From a virus, in IMG/VR virus record IMGVR_UViG_3300042564_002580, positions 53,028 to 117,027 of that record: a stretch of 64,000 nt of DNA. One strand, given 5' to 3'. Of this stretch, positions 20,744-31,200 are shown one piece after another. A model generated the notes under the pieces. It made no database searches and was not told the DNA's origin. It saw nothing but the letters and a program-made list of their open reading frames with translations. Position 1 is the first letter of the stretch. Each line of letters starts with the position of its first letter. The position numbers and the translations under genes are program-made.

Positions 20744-21333
20744 TGAGTTTTCAAAATTTAAGTAAAGCATCAATTCTGTACATTGAAGCGCTTGACCCAT
20801 TTGCAATTGATACAGCAAACAATAGTTTTTCTTACAAGGGTGCAACCTTGACTGCTCCAGGAAACACTTATTCAGCATCAGTTGCTACTAGAAATAACTT
20901 AGCATACAGCTCTGCAAACCAATTAAGATTTAGAAGAGTTTCAGAGCATAATAGACAGCCACTTTCAATTAATATTGATCGAATAGAGCAGTCTTCTCGA
21001 ATGGCTAATGGAACAACTAGAAAGTATTTTGTTGCAGACAAGCTAAACATATCTGTTTCTTGGGAAATGCTACCATCATTTAGAAATGAAACCGTAGATG
21101 GTGCTTGGGGCGCAGAGGATATAAAAAACTTTTATGAAAGCACAGCTGGTCGTGGAGCGTTTAGAATTAAATTAAATCCAACAGTCTTTTCACCAGATCT
21201 AATAACTGATTCAGCGGGAGCCCTGTCTGACGACTATACATATACCGTAATGTTTACATCATGCGACTTCACTCTTATTAAAAGAGGATTGCAGCCTTTT
21301 TGGAGTGTTAATATAACGCTGGAGCAAGTATGA
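20743..21333 (+). CDS. Distal tail/minor tail protein (putative)
   Basis: Follows TMP; RMANGTTRKYFVADK..SVSWEMLP..TLEQV pattern. Confidence 0.6.
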   Translation: MSFQNLSKASILYIEALDPFAIDTANNSFSYKGATLTAPGNTYSASVATRNNLAYSSANQLRFRRVSEHNRQPLSINIDRIEQSSRMANGTTRKYFVADKLNISVSWEMLPSFRNETVDGAWGAEDIKNFYESTAGRGAFRIKLNPTVFSPDLITDSAGALSDDYTYTVMFTSCDFTLIKRGLQPFWSVNITLEQV

Positions 21334-24300
21334 TATCAGTATCAAATACCACTAAAGATTTACTTAAAAAGGGATATTCTATTTCAACTTCTGCGGGGGC
21401 GGTGATAGAATATAACCTTAACTCCATGGTTGAGTATATAAAAGCAACAACAAATCCAGAAAATATAGTAAACCCATATTCTAATGCTTTTAAAAAGTTG
21501 TTTCCAATAGATACAATATATAAGCCTTTTAGACCATTAGCCCCAGGAATTAAATACCTAGTTAATACAACAGGTAATACTGATACCCCTTTAAATTCTT
21601 TTGAAAGACCAAGAGATATAGACTTGGGAACAAAGCCTAGACTATATTACCCTGGCCCAGATATGACATACAAGTATTGGCTTGCTCCTAAGAATACAAA
21701 CATAGACATATCTTTGGAGTATTTTTCAGATGAAGCAAAGACTGTAGCAAAGATAGTACCAGCAAATAAAATAATTGCAAGATTTGAAACAAACCACGAT
21801 ACCCCAACATCATGGATAATAAGCGGTGTGAAGCAAGATGGAACAACAATATCTGCATCAGGCACATCTCTTAATTCAAGTGGGGAGGCAGTAATACATT
21901 ACAATGGAACTACATGGTCTACAACAGAACCTACTACATATACATCAACACAGTATTTAAAGAAAATATCTTTAACTGCAGTTAATTCAAATACTGGCAA
22001 ATTAATAGGTGTTATTGAATTAAGCCCAAGATGGGTTTTGCCAATTGATTCTGATTTAGTATCCTTTTCTGTTAATAAAGAAACAACTGCAGATGATGGA
22101 TCAATTGTTCCAGTTGGAATAATTACAGCAAATTACCTCAGCGTATCTTTAATGAAGCCACATTCAACTTCTAGATCAATAGTAGAATATAATGTAAAAA
22201 ACAATATTGATAATACAAAAATATATTTGTTTAAAAATTCTATTGTAAAGCCATATGTAAATATTGGGAATGGATCTAGTACTGAAAAAGTTCCTCAAGG
22301 TTTATTCTATGTTAACTCTTGGTCATTGAGTGAGTTTGGAGAGTCTGTAGTTGAGTGTACAGATGCTGCAAAAATATTACAAGACACTTTATGTCCACAA
22401 TTATTGGTTCAAGATTCACCAGTAACTGCAATAATAAAAAGAGTGCTTGACTCAGTTGGATTTTCTAATTACAGAATCAATGTTAAAAAAACAGATGGCA
22501 AGGTGGACGATAACTCTATTCCATCCTTATCTTATTGGTGGTCTGATGGAGATAAGACTGTGTGGGATGTTCTGCAGGAGCTGTGTAGAGATATTCAAAT
22601 GAACGCATTTGTAGACGAGTATAATGTTTTAAATTTTTATAGTAGAAACTTAATATATGATAAAACAGCTCCAACCACATGGACATTTACTAGCGAAGAC
22701 ATAAGCAACAACGGAGTATTATCTTACGCACCAAACATTGCAAGCCTTTCATCTAGAGAGATATTTTCTGCAAACCAGGTTAGAGTTAGATACTCTACTG
22801 CATTTGTGTCCACTAACGATCAATCTTCCTCACCACTTTGGAAATCTAGCGAGTCGTTTTTAGGAGCAGGATCCCTTGCAACAGACATATCAGACAGCAC
22901 TACAGTTTTTCAGCTAAATCCAAACACCATAAACTCAGCAAGGCCAGATAAAGTTCTAGATGCATTTAGCGGATACGTAATGATTAACGGTGAAATTATT
23001 GAGTACGATGGATTGTGGTACCAGTATGTTCCTTCTTCGGGCGGAGGACCTACAAGAGTTTTGATTAAAACCCAGTCAGACATATGGAAATATTCAGCGT
23101 TGTCAAAACCAGGATATAAAAACTTTTACCCAACTGGAGAATATAATATTAAAACCAGAGGTGCACTCTCAACATCTAAATCTGATCATAAAAAATCCCT
23201 AGACTCATATATAAATAAAGCTGGAGAAAACGATGCCAATAAGTTTAATAAGTATAATATTACTTTAGCAACTCCAGATATAGCAAAGCTAAAGCCTGGC
23301 GTAGGAAACCTTACAACTCCAGCAAGCACCACGGGAGAAACAGTTGCTAAAAGCTTTTTATCAATTTCAAGTTTAGATAAAGATAAAAAAACTTTTGATA
23401 TTGCAGTTAAACAGTTTAATTCAATAGACATTTCAAAACCATATTTGTCATTTGGTACAAGAATGTTTTTTGATAGTCAACTTAATACTCCAGAGCAGGT
23501 AGGCGGTATTGGATTTTGTCTAGATTCAACTGGTAAAAACGGATACTATGTTCTTGTGCGTACTACAGCATTCTCTGGTCTTCAAAAAGATATTATGATA
23601 GTTAGAGTTAATAACGATAAGCTTACAGTTTTAAAAGACAGCCAGCAGACGTCTACTAAAACATTAGCTGGAATTTATGCTGGAAGCTCTTACAACATAG
23701 ACGTGCTTGTTAAAAAAGAATCTTTAAAAAATACAATTACTGTTTTCATTAACGGGTTTAAGATAACAGCAACAGATTCTGGTAGTGATTCGGTTAATTT
23801 AACTATACCTCCTATGTCTCTTACAAAAAATGTAGGATTGCACTGCGGACAAGGAGTTGCGTATTTTGAGTACTTGTATGCTAAATCAATAGATGAGGCG
23901 GCGTACAAAACATTAAGCCTAAACAAGTCATTTGAGTATAATGGTGTATATTCTGATGACACAATATCAATGCTTTATGGAGATTTAATTTATAATGATG
24001 GAGAAACATCTCCAGACCAGAGTGGATCTCTTTTTGAATTTGGAACAACTGCAAGAGAAATTAGAAAAGTAAAAGTCTCTTATGACGACAGGCCAGCAGT
24101 CCCTATTCAATTTAGGACATCAATGAATAAGTATGCCACTGTGCTAGACCAAAGACTACAGCCATTTACTGCAGAAACTTATATATTGAATAATACATCT
24201 ACTACGGTAGTTCTAGATGATAGCAATTATACTAGCTTTTATGTGTTAGGAAATTCTATCAGAAGATCAGGTGTAATTGATTACGATACAGATCAGTCTA

Positions 24301-24584
24301 CTGATTCAGAAAATAAAGAGTCTGTTATATTTGATTCATCTTGGATACAGTCAGAAGAAGATGCAAAATCACTTGCAGAATGGATAAAGTCTAATTCTTT
24401 GAGTAAGGGCAGATTTGTAGAAATGACAATATTTGGAAATCCGATTATATCGGCAGGAGATATAGTGTCAATAAATTATCCGATTTTAGGCATGACAGAG
24501 AGTAGCGAAAAATACATAGTTACAAGGTGCTCTTTAAATTATCAGGAAGGGATAAGTACCTCAATTTCGTGTAGAGCTATCTAA
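21330..24584 (+). CDS. Large minor tail/baseplate hub protein
   Basis: VWDVLQELC..FVDEYNVLNF and C-terminal GNPIISAGDIVSINY hub-like motifs; synteny. Confidence 0.7.
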   Translation: MISVSNTTKDLLKKGYSISTSAGAVIEYNLNSMVEYIKATTNPENIVNPYSNAFKKLFPIDTIYKPFRPLAPGIKYLVNTTGNTDTPLNSFERPRDIDLGTKPRLYYPGPDMTYKYWLAPKNTNIDISLEYFSDEAKTVAKIVPANKIIARFETNHDTPTSWIISGVKQDGTTISASGTSLNSSGEAVIHYNGTTWSTTEPTTYTSTQYLKKISLTAVNSNTGKLIGVIELSPRWVLPIDSDLVSFSVNKETTADDGSIVPVGIITANYLSVSLMKPHSTSRSIVEYNVKNNIDNTKIYLFKNSIVKPYVNIGNGSSTEKVPQGLFYVNSWSLSEFGESVVECTDAAKILQDTLCPQLLVQDSPVTAIIKRVLDSVGFSNYRINVKKTDGKVDDNSIPSLSYWWSDGDKTVWDVLQELCRDIQMNAFVDEYNVLNFYSRNLIYDKTAPTTWTFTSEDISNNGVLSYAPNIASLSSREIFSANQVRVRYSTAFVSTNDQSSSPLWKSSESFLGAGSLATDISDSTTVFQLNPNTINSARPDKVLDAFSGYVMINGEIIEYDGLWYQYVPSSGGGPTRVLIKTQSDIWKYSALSKPGYKNFYPTGEYNIKTRGALSTSKSDHKKSLDSYINKAGENDANKFNKYNITLATPDIAKLKPGVGNLTTPASTTGETVAKSFLSISSLDKDKKTFDIAVKQFNSIDISKPYLSFGTRMFFDSQLNTPEQVGGIGFCLDSTGKNGYYVLVRTTAFSGLQKDIMIVRVNNDKLTVLKDSQQTSTKTLAGIYAGSSYNIDVLVKKESLKNTITVFINGFKITATDSGSDSVNLTIPPMSLTKNVGLHCGQGVAYFEYLYAKSIDEAAYKTLSLNKSFEYNGVYSDDTISMLYGDLIYNDGETSPDQSGSLFEFGTTAREIRKVKVSYDDRPAVPIQFRTSMNKYATVLDQRLQPFTAETYILNNTSTTVVLDDSNYTSFYVLGNSIRRSGVIDYDTDQSTDSENKESVIFDSSWIQSEEDAKSLAEWIKSNSLSKGRFVEMTIFGNPIISAGDIVSINYPILGMTESSEKYIVTRCSLNYQEGISTSISCRAI

Positions 24585-24607
24585 TAACGTAATGGTATAA
24601 TAAATAA

Positions 24608-24949
24608 ATGGGAATTGAATCAGGAAAAATTGCGGTCATATTTGATGATGACCCGCGTTTAGCCGCAGTATGGAAAGGTAAGTCTGGAGAGACTAAATCC
24701 GCTACACAATCGTTTCCATTTACAGCAACTACTTCTGGTGGTAATAACGACGACGGAGATGATGATCCAAAGAGCGGGAAAAGGCCTCAGCTTTCAGATA
24801 TAGTTTTAAAAGGATTTGAACTGTATGAGGATGCATCTGGAATGCAAAGAGCAAGAGCAAAGTTTAGAATTTATAATTCAAGCGAAGAGCAGATAGATGG
24901 ATTCCTGTATGCAATAACAATTTCAGATACCCAAGGAGGAAGATCATGA
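24608..24949 (+). CDS. Hypothetical tail-region protein
   Basis: ORF with TGGTATAAT just upstream; ATGA overlap with next gene. Confidence 0.6.
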   Translation: MGIESGKIAVIFDDDPRLAAVWKGKSGETKSATQSFPFTATTSGGNNDDGDDDPKSGKRPQLSDIVLKGFELYEDASGMQRARAKFRIYNSSEEQIDGFLYAITISDTQGGRS

Positions 24950-25806
24950 TAACTAAATTTGGTAAGAGATTCCTTGCAAATTTTGTAGCAGGAAATTCTT
25001 CATTTGCTTCAAAAGAAATGGCTATCGGAATTGCAACAGGAACTGAGTATGCTTTGTCAGATAGCAACTCAAGATTAGGGTTTGAGTTTTATCGTGTTCC
25101 AATTAGGGTGGGCGGAATAGATATAGACTCCTCCGTATCACCAGTAAAGTATACAGTTATATATTCAGCTACACTTCCTACAAACATTGCAGGAAAAATA
25201 AATGAAATTGGAATCTACTCTGGTCAATCTTATTCAAGGAATTTATATGAAAGCAAATTCATATCTAATTTTGAATTGCCATATCAATGGAGTCCAGAAC
25301 CATCATTAGATCAAACAAATTATAGAGTTGGAGACAGCTCATTAATATTTACATCAAATGCGACGGCTCCAAGAGAGTACACACACGTACTTGATAGTAT
25401 GGATATATCTGGATACAACCCATCAGATACATTATCATTTTCATACAAAGCAAATGATGCAAACCTATCCTCATTAAAGGTAAGGCTATATAGCTCAGAT
25501 AACGATTATTTGGAGTTTACATTTACTGGACACTCAGTTGGATATAATATAAAGAATTTAAACATGTCTACTGGGGTATCAACAGGAACATTTAATCCAC
25601 AAAGTGTTGTTAAGTTAGGAATTATTGTTACTCCAACAACTGCTCAAACATCTGTATCTATGGATGGTCTTAGAATAAATGACGAGGACACCTTTGATCC
25701 AGAATACGGTTTAATAGCTAGGTCTTTACTAGACTCAACAATGATTAAAGTAATAGGACGAGAAGCAGCAATAGAATTTAAACTAGACCTATCGTTTGGC
25801 GAGTAA
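24946..25806 (+). CDS. Minor tail/baseplate protein (putative)
   Basis: MITKFGKRFL..MAIG..LGFEFYRVP..INEIGIY N-terminus resembles fibre-attachment proteins. Confidence 0.55.
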   Translation: MITKFGKRFLANFVAGNSSFASKEMAIGIATGTEYALSDSNSRLGFEFYRVPIRVGGIDIDSSVSPVKYTVIYSATLPTNIAGKINEIGIYSGQSYSRNLYESKFISNFELPYQWSPEPSLDQTNYRVGDSSLIFTSNATAPREYTHVLDSMDISGYNPSDTLSFSYKANDANLSSLKVRLYSSDNDYLEFTFTGHSVGYNIKNLNMSTGVSTGTFNPQSVVKLGIIVTPTTAQTSVSMDGLRINDEDTFDPEYGLIARSLLDSTMIKVIGREAAIEFKLDLSFGE

Positions 25807-28279
25807 CATGTCTGAACAGTATCCAGATCTAGGTATCACACAAAAACAAGATGGTGATTACTGGGATGTTGTAATTCCAGACTTAGACTGTAATACTGAT
25901 TACGCACTTCAGGTTGCTTGGGTATACAGCGATAAATCATTGGGCTCTAGCGAATTCTCAGATAGATTTAATTTCAGAACCCCAGGACCGTCTAGAGTTT
26001 GCCCAGCAAATGTATCTGCAACATGGGATGCTAAAGCTGGACTAAATGTTACATGGCAAAAAAATGATAACCGTGTAAAAAATTATGTAATTACTCTTGT
26101 GGCTGGTGGGTACAGAAGGTCGCACCTTATTTCAGCAACTGGATCCTCTTTAAACTACTCATGGATATTGACAAGAGAAAATAACATATTCCAATTCGGA
26201 GGAGTATTTAGAAAATCCTTTACATCTTTTTCTATCCAAAGCGTTTATGGAGATGGAAGCTCAGATGAATGTCCAGTAACCGTTGCAGAATATGTAGACC
26301 CAGTATGTTCTCATACAACACTAGCAGCCTCATGGAATGTTGTTAGCCAAAGCAACGGCATACTTGTTTCTTGGCAAGATAGTGCAACAGGATACGGAAC
26401 GTATAGAGAAACTAGGGTATACGTTTCAGAAACACCTAGCCCTTATAATTGGGAGCTTCGATATACTGGAATTGGTCCAGCTTCAATAACACTAGATACC
26501 CTAGCAACAGTTTATGTTAAACTAAATCATCTTTCTTATTCAGACTGTGAGTCTTTGAACTCAGATATAAAAGAAGGAAAAGCATACGACCCAATAGTAT
26601 TTGACGATTTACCACCAGAAAATAACTTTGATTTAGGATCTACTACCGTTGAAGAAGATTCAAATGGTCTATTTAATTTTGATAAAAAAATTCTTTTTAC
26701 ATGGACACAAAACACAGATACTTCAACTTCTGGATACAGAATAAGATACAAGACTGCTTCTGATACTAATTATACATATATGTCTGTTCCAGGAAGAGGA
26801 ACTATATCTACATATCTGTATGGATTAAAAGCGGGACAAGCTTATCAGATAGCTGTAACAACATACGATGTTTATGGAAATGATAACTCTCAGTATAAGC
26901 AGTATCCAGATATAGTTATCCCAGCAAACACATCATTAAAAACAGATGTAGCAATTTCTGCAGGAGATATGAAGCTTGGATATGGAATTGGTGGAAGCAA
27001 CTCAAATAAAGGTTTATACATTGCCCCAGAAAATTATTGGTATGTAACTGGAAATACCAGCGTTTCATCTTCTGCAAGATTTAAAGTTGGAGGAACAAAC
27101 GACTGGTTGCTTTGGAACGGAACTAATTTAGAAATAACTGGAAAAATAAATGCTAATGCTGGAGCATTTACTGGTTCTGTAGACATAGGAACATCATCTG
27201 TAGATGGACAACTTAGAGTAACAACATCATCTGGAAAATTTGAAATAGGAAAGCTAACAAATATTTCTGGAGAAAAGATTGGTATTGGAATCCAAGGAAC
27301 AAACTCCTCTGGTAAGCTTTTCCAGCTAGACACTGAATCTGGAATTATTGCTAACAAAGGAACAATTGCTGGTTGGACAATTGACGATACATCAATTAAC
27401 AAGGCTGGCAACGTAGGGTTCTTTGCCACAACAACTCCCTCAGATGTTGCAATTTGGGCTGGAGGATCTAGAACAGTAAGTCCTAATTTTTCAGTTACAT
27501 ACGCAGGAAAAATGATAGCTAAAGATGCCGTTCTTAAAGGAATGGTACAGGCTGGAGAAGGCGGATTTGGAATACTTATAGCAGATGCAACTACAGCAAC
27601 TGGTTATAGAGTTTCTAATGGGTGGACAATTGATTCTGCAAAAATAGTATCTACAAATGCAAGTTCTCAAGTAACGCTTGATGGATTGCAAGGCTCAATA
27701 ATAGGCGGAAATATTGTTGGATCAAATCATTATTTTATGAGCCCATCTGCATGGACGACAGCTTATCCTGGAGAGGGAAGCGGTAACCCAGGGAATGTTG
27801 ATTACATATCATCATCTGGTAATTTCAGACTTGCTAATGGAAAGCTAACATATGATGGAGATGAATTTAAAGTTCAAACAGATTTAGTTGCGTCTAACGT
27901 ATTTTTAGGAGCAACATCAAGTCTGGGAGATACAGCCAATTATTTACTAGGAAAGTCAACTACAATTGGTGGTGTAACAAAAGCTGCAGGAAGCTTTAGT
28001 TTAGGAAATGGTGCAATTAATTACACCTCTGGATCAAGTGTCTTAAATGTAGATGCAACTAGGATTGATTTTAATATTAGAAGTAATAATGATGGAACAC
28101 TTGGAGATGAAACAGTTGTTCAAGACGTAGATACTGGGGAGCTTACTTTAGGAAGAGCATTTTTTTACGGAGGAAATAACTACCCAGGAAGCACTACTGA
28201 TAGAGTAACGCATGCGGATGGAGATCAGGGCAGCGGAGCCTTTAAAAAAGGCGACATATGGTTAAGCAGGAAAGCATAA
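25796..28279 (+). CDS. Tail fibre/host-recognition protein with fibronectin type III domains
   Basis: FN3 motifs (SGYRIRYK..LYGLKAGQAYQIAVTTYDVYGN), Gly-rich beta repeats (GTIAGWTI), C-terminal GDIW; start may be ATG 25808. Confidence 0.75.
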   Translation: MASNMSEQYPDLGITQKQDGDYWDVVIPDLDCNTDYALQVAWVYSDKSLGSSEFSDRFNFRTPGPSRVCPANVSATWDAKAGLNVTWQKNDNRVKNYVITLVAGGYRRSHLISATGSSLNYSWILTRENNIFQFGGVFRKSFTSFSIQSVYGDGSSDECPVTVAEYVDPVCSHTTLAASWNVVSQSNGILVSWQDSATGYGTYRETRVYVSETPSPYNWELRYTGIGPASITLDTLATVYVKLNHLSYSDCESLNSDIKEGKAYDPIVFDDLPPENNFDLGSTTVEEDSNGLFNFDKKILFTWTQNTDTSTSGYRIRYKTASDTNYTYMSVPGRGTISTYLYGLKAGQAYQIAVTTYDVYGNDNSQYKQYPDIVIPANTSLKTDVAISAGDMKLGYGIGGSNSNKGLYIAPENYWYVTGNTSVSSSARFKVGGTNDWLLWNGTNLEITGKINANAGAFTGSVDIGTSSVDGQLRVTTSSGKFEIGKLTNISGEKIGIGIQGTNSSGKLFQLDTESGIIANKGTIAGWTIDDTSINKAGNVGFFATTTPSDVAIWAGGSRTVSPNFSVTYAGKMIAKDAVLKGMVQAGEGGFGILIADATTATGYRVSNGWTIDSAKIVSTNASSQVTLDGLQGSIIGGNIVGSNHYFMSPSAWTTAYPGEGSGNPGNVDYISSSGNFRLANGKLTYDGDEFKVQTDLVASNVFLGATSSLGDTANYLLGKSTTIGGVTKAAGSFSLGNGAINYTSGSSVLNVDATRIDFNIRSNNDGTLGDETVVQDVDTGELTLGRAFFYGGNNYPGSTTDRVTHADGDQGSGAFKKGDIWLSRKA

Positions 28280-31200
28280 ATGAGCTGGTGGAGAAAAGCA
28301 AACCTAAACGATGCTGGTAATATTGATGGCTGGATAAAAATAAGAAGCATTTGGAGAAAAACTAATTTAGGTGATGCAGGATCAACAGACGGTTGGTTAA
28401 GAATAAGAAGCGCTTGGAGATTTCAAGGATTAAATGCGTTAGGCGCTGGAATTTGGTATAAAATTTTTGGAGGGGAGTCTCCTTATCCAAAAGAAAACCC
28501 AAAGCTAATATTTGTTTCTCCAGATTCAAGCACTTCTGAAATACAATGCACTCAGCAAGATAAGATGTATGTTACAAGAGGGAAATGGTACGAAGACCCA
28601 TTATCATTTTTAATTAAAATACAAAGGTCTATAATCTCAAATTGGGATGCTCCAACAACATTAGTTAGCCAGGAGCTAGAGTACACAACATATCTAGATT
28701 CAGACTATTTAGATGAAGTTCCTAAGTTGCCTGCAGATAGACCAACAATAACATTAGACGACGTCAAAGCTAAAAGAGGATTTAGGGCACAGGTTCAAGC
28801 TGGGCAGGATGCCAATCCAACAGAATCAGACTACGCACTTGCAACTTCATGGTACCCAAGCCCAACAGGAATATTCCCAAGACTAACATTTGGATTTACT
28901 ACATATAGCACAGGAGATCAAATTGTTGAAGATGAAACAATCAGTATGCCTGAATTTAAAATATTTGGTTTTAAGTGGCAGTATCTTACTTCTTCTGCAG
29001 CATCATATCCAAACGGTCAGTACTTTCCATCATCTCGAACAGATGAGTTTATTGGGAAACAAATAATTGAGTTAACTGATTTTTATGGGGTTAGGATAGG
29101 TGCATTGCAAGAAGTTGATGTTTTGCCAATTCATCAATATTCTGGAAGTATAACATACACTCAAGCAATGATAGATTCTGGCGATGATTATATTATAAAT
29201 GTTTATTCGGTTGCAAAAGATTATTACTATAATAGCGGACTGTCTTTAGATGGACATATATCTGATCCAAATGAAACATCAAGAATTGCATCTTATGTAT
29301 TTACCCCTCCAAGGGAAATAGAAAACCCAGAAATAACAATATCAAATAGGACAAAAAGCTCTGTAGATATATCCTGGTATTCTCCAGATGCGGAAAGATA
29401 TAAGGTTAATATAATTGATTCTATTACAGGTAACTCTTTGCCTGGCTATCCATTAACCTCAACAACAAATACTTCTGCCAGCCCTTTTGGATTAACGGAA
29501 AACAGACTGTATACCGTTTTGGTAACGGCACTTGCTGGAGAAGGAGACAAGTACAAAAGCGACGAGGTTTCTAAAAGCTTTAGAACATTGTCGTCTGGAA
29601 TTGCAGCAGAATTAGGAATGCCTTACGACATAACATCAACAGGGTATAAGGTTGACATAACAAATTGGAGCACTATCAGTTCATTTGATATAACAGTTTC
29701 TGCAACAAGTGGAAGTGCGACAAGGTCCTCCGAAGTTATATCTGTAAGCAATGTTACATCGGGAGCCAATTCATGTCTAACAGCAACAACATCTAAAATT
29801 GATAATATAAACTTAACTTCAGTTTCCTATGAGTCAAAAGAGTCTGCTGCTAGATGTATTGTTATCGGAGGTACCTGGTACTGCTTATCTCTTGTTACGG
29901 GTGGCCTTTGTTCTAAATCAACCGAGACATACGACAAAACAATAAATGGATCATACTATGCAATTGTATGCTCTCAAACAGATAACCTATGCTGCCCTTC
30001 AGTTGTTCTTGAGCCAAAAGTCTACGGTGAATGGGTCACAGGACTTTGCACAGTAGCTCCACAAGATCCACAAAGAACAAGAACAAGGACATGGACCCAA
30101 ATTCAAAAAACAACTGCTCAAAATTGTGTTATTACAAATGTAGAGCTTTCTGGTGTAGATATAGAACAGATTGATTGCTGTGTACCAACATCCACTCTTG
30201 GAGCAAAAACTTATGGGACACCAAATGCTTGGGGCACATGTAATTTAAATACTGGACAAATTGGAAGAACTGTTCCGTGGACAGCAACAAAAACTAATTT
30301 TACTAGAGACTGTACCACAACTACAACAGAAGAAAGCGGTCTTGAAGTTCAGTATAAAGATTGTTGTACTGCCAGCTCATCTTTGGGAACTAAAACTTAT
30401 AGCGACTGGTCTCCATATGGATCATGTATTCAAGGAGAAAGAGCAAGCTATAGAACCTGGACTGCTATTCAAACAAATAATACAATTAACTGTACCACAA
30501 CATCTAACGAAGTTAATGGTACAGAATATAGATACACATCATGTTGTACAGCTGGTTGTACTTTAGGAACTAAAACTTACGGTGATTGGTCAGCTTACGG
30601 TTCATGTGTTCAGGGGGAGAGAAGACGACAAAGATCCTGGACTGCTATAAATACCTGTATAGATTCAAGCTGTAATATTATTTCTCAAAATGAATTAAAT
30701 AGCGTAGAGTATGAGTACACATCATGCTGCGTACAATCATGTACTACTGGAGCAAAAACTTATGGTGCATGGACAGCCTATGGATCCTGTATCCAAGGTG
30801 AACGTGCTAGATCGAGGAGTTGGACTGCTACACAATCATGCTTTACAACAAGTTGTACTAATACAACTGAAACAATTAGCGGTACAGATTTTGAATACAC
30901 TGGCTGCTGCACGGCAAGTAGTACAACTGGCACTAAAACTTATGGTGCATGGACAGCCTATGGATCCTGTATCCAAGGTGAACGTGCTAGATCGAGGAGT
31001 TGGACTGCAATACAGACTAATATTGATTCTAGCTGCAATACCACTACAACAGAAGTTAACGGTACAGATTTTGAATATACTTCATGCTGCACGGCAGGAT
31101 GTACAACTGGTGATAGAAGTTATAGCCCATGGGGGTCATGGGGTTCCTGTAGCCAAGGAGAACAAGCTAGAATTAGAACGTGGACTGCTATAGAGACATG

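Noticed and set aside
30755-31008. Near-identical repeat pair as a DGR template/variable repeat
   Set aside because: Both copies are coding units of one tandem array, the shared core is identical rather than A-mutated, and no reverse transcriptase is in the window
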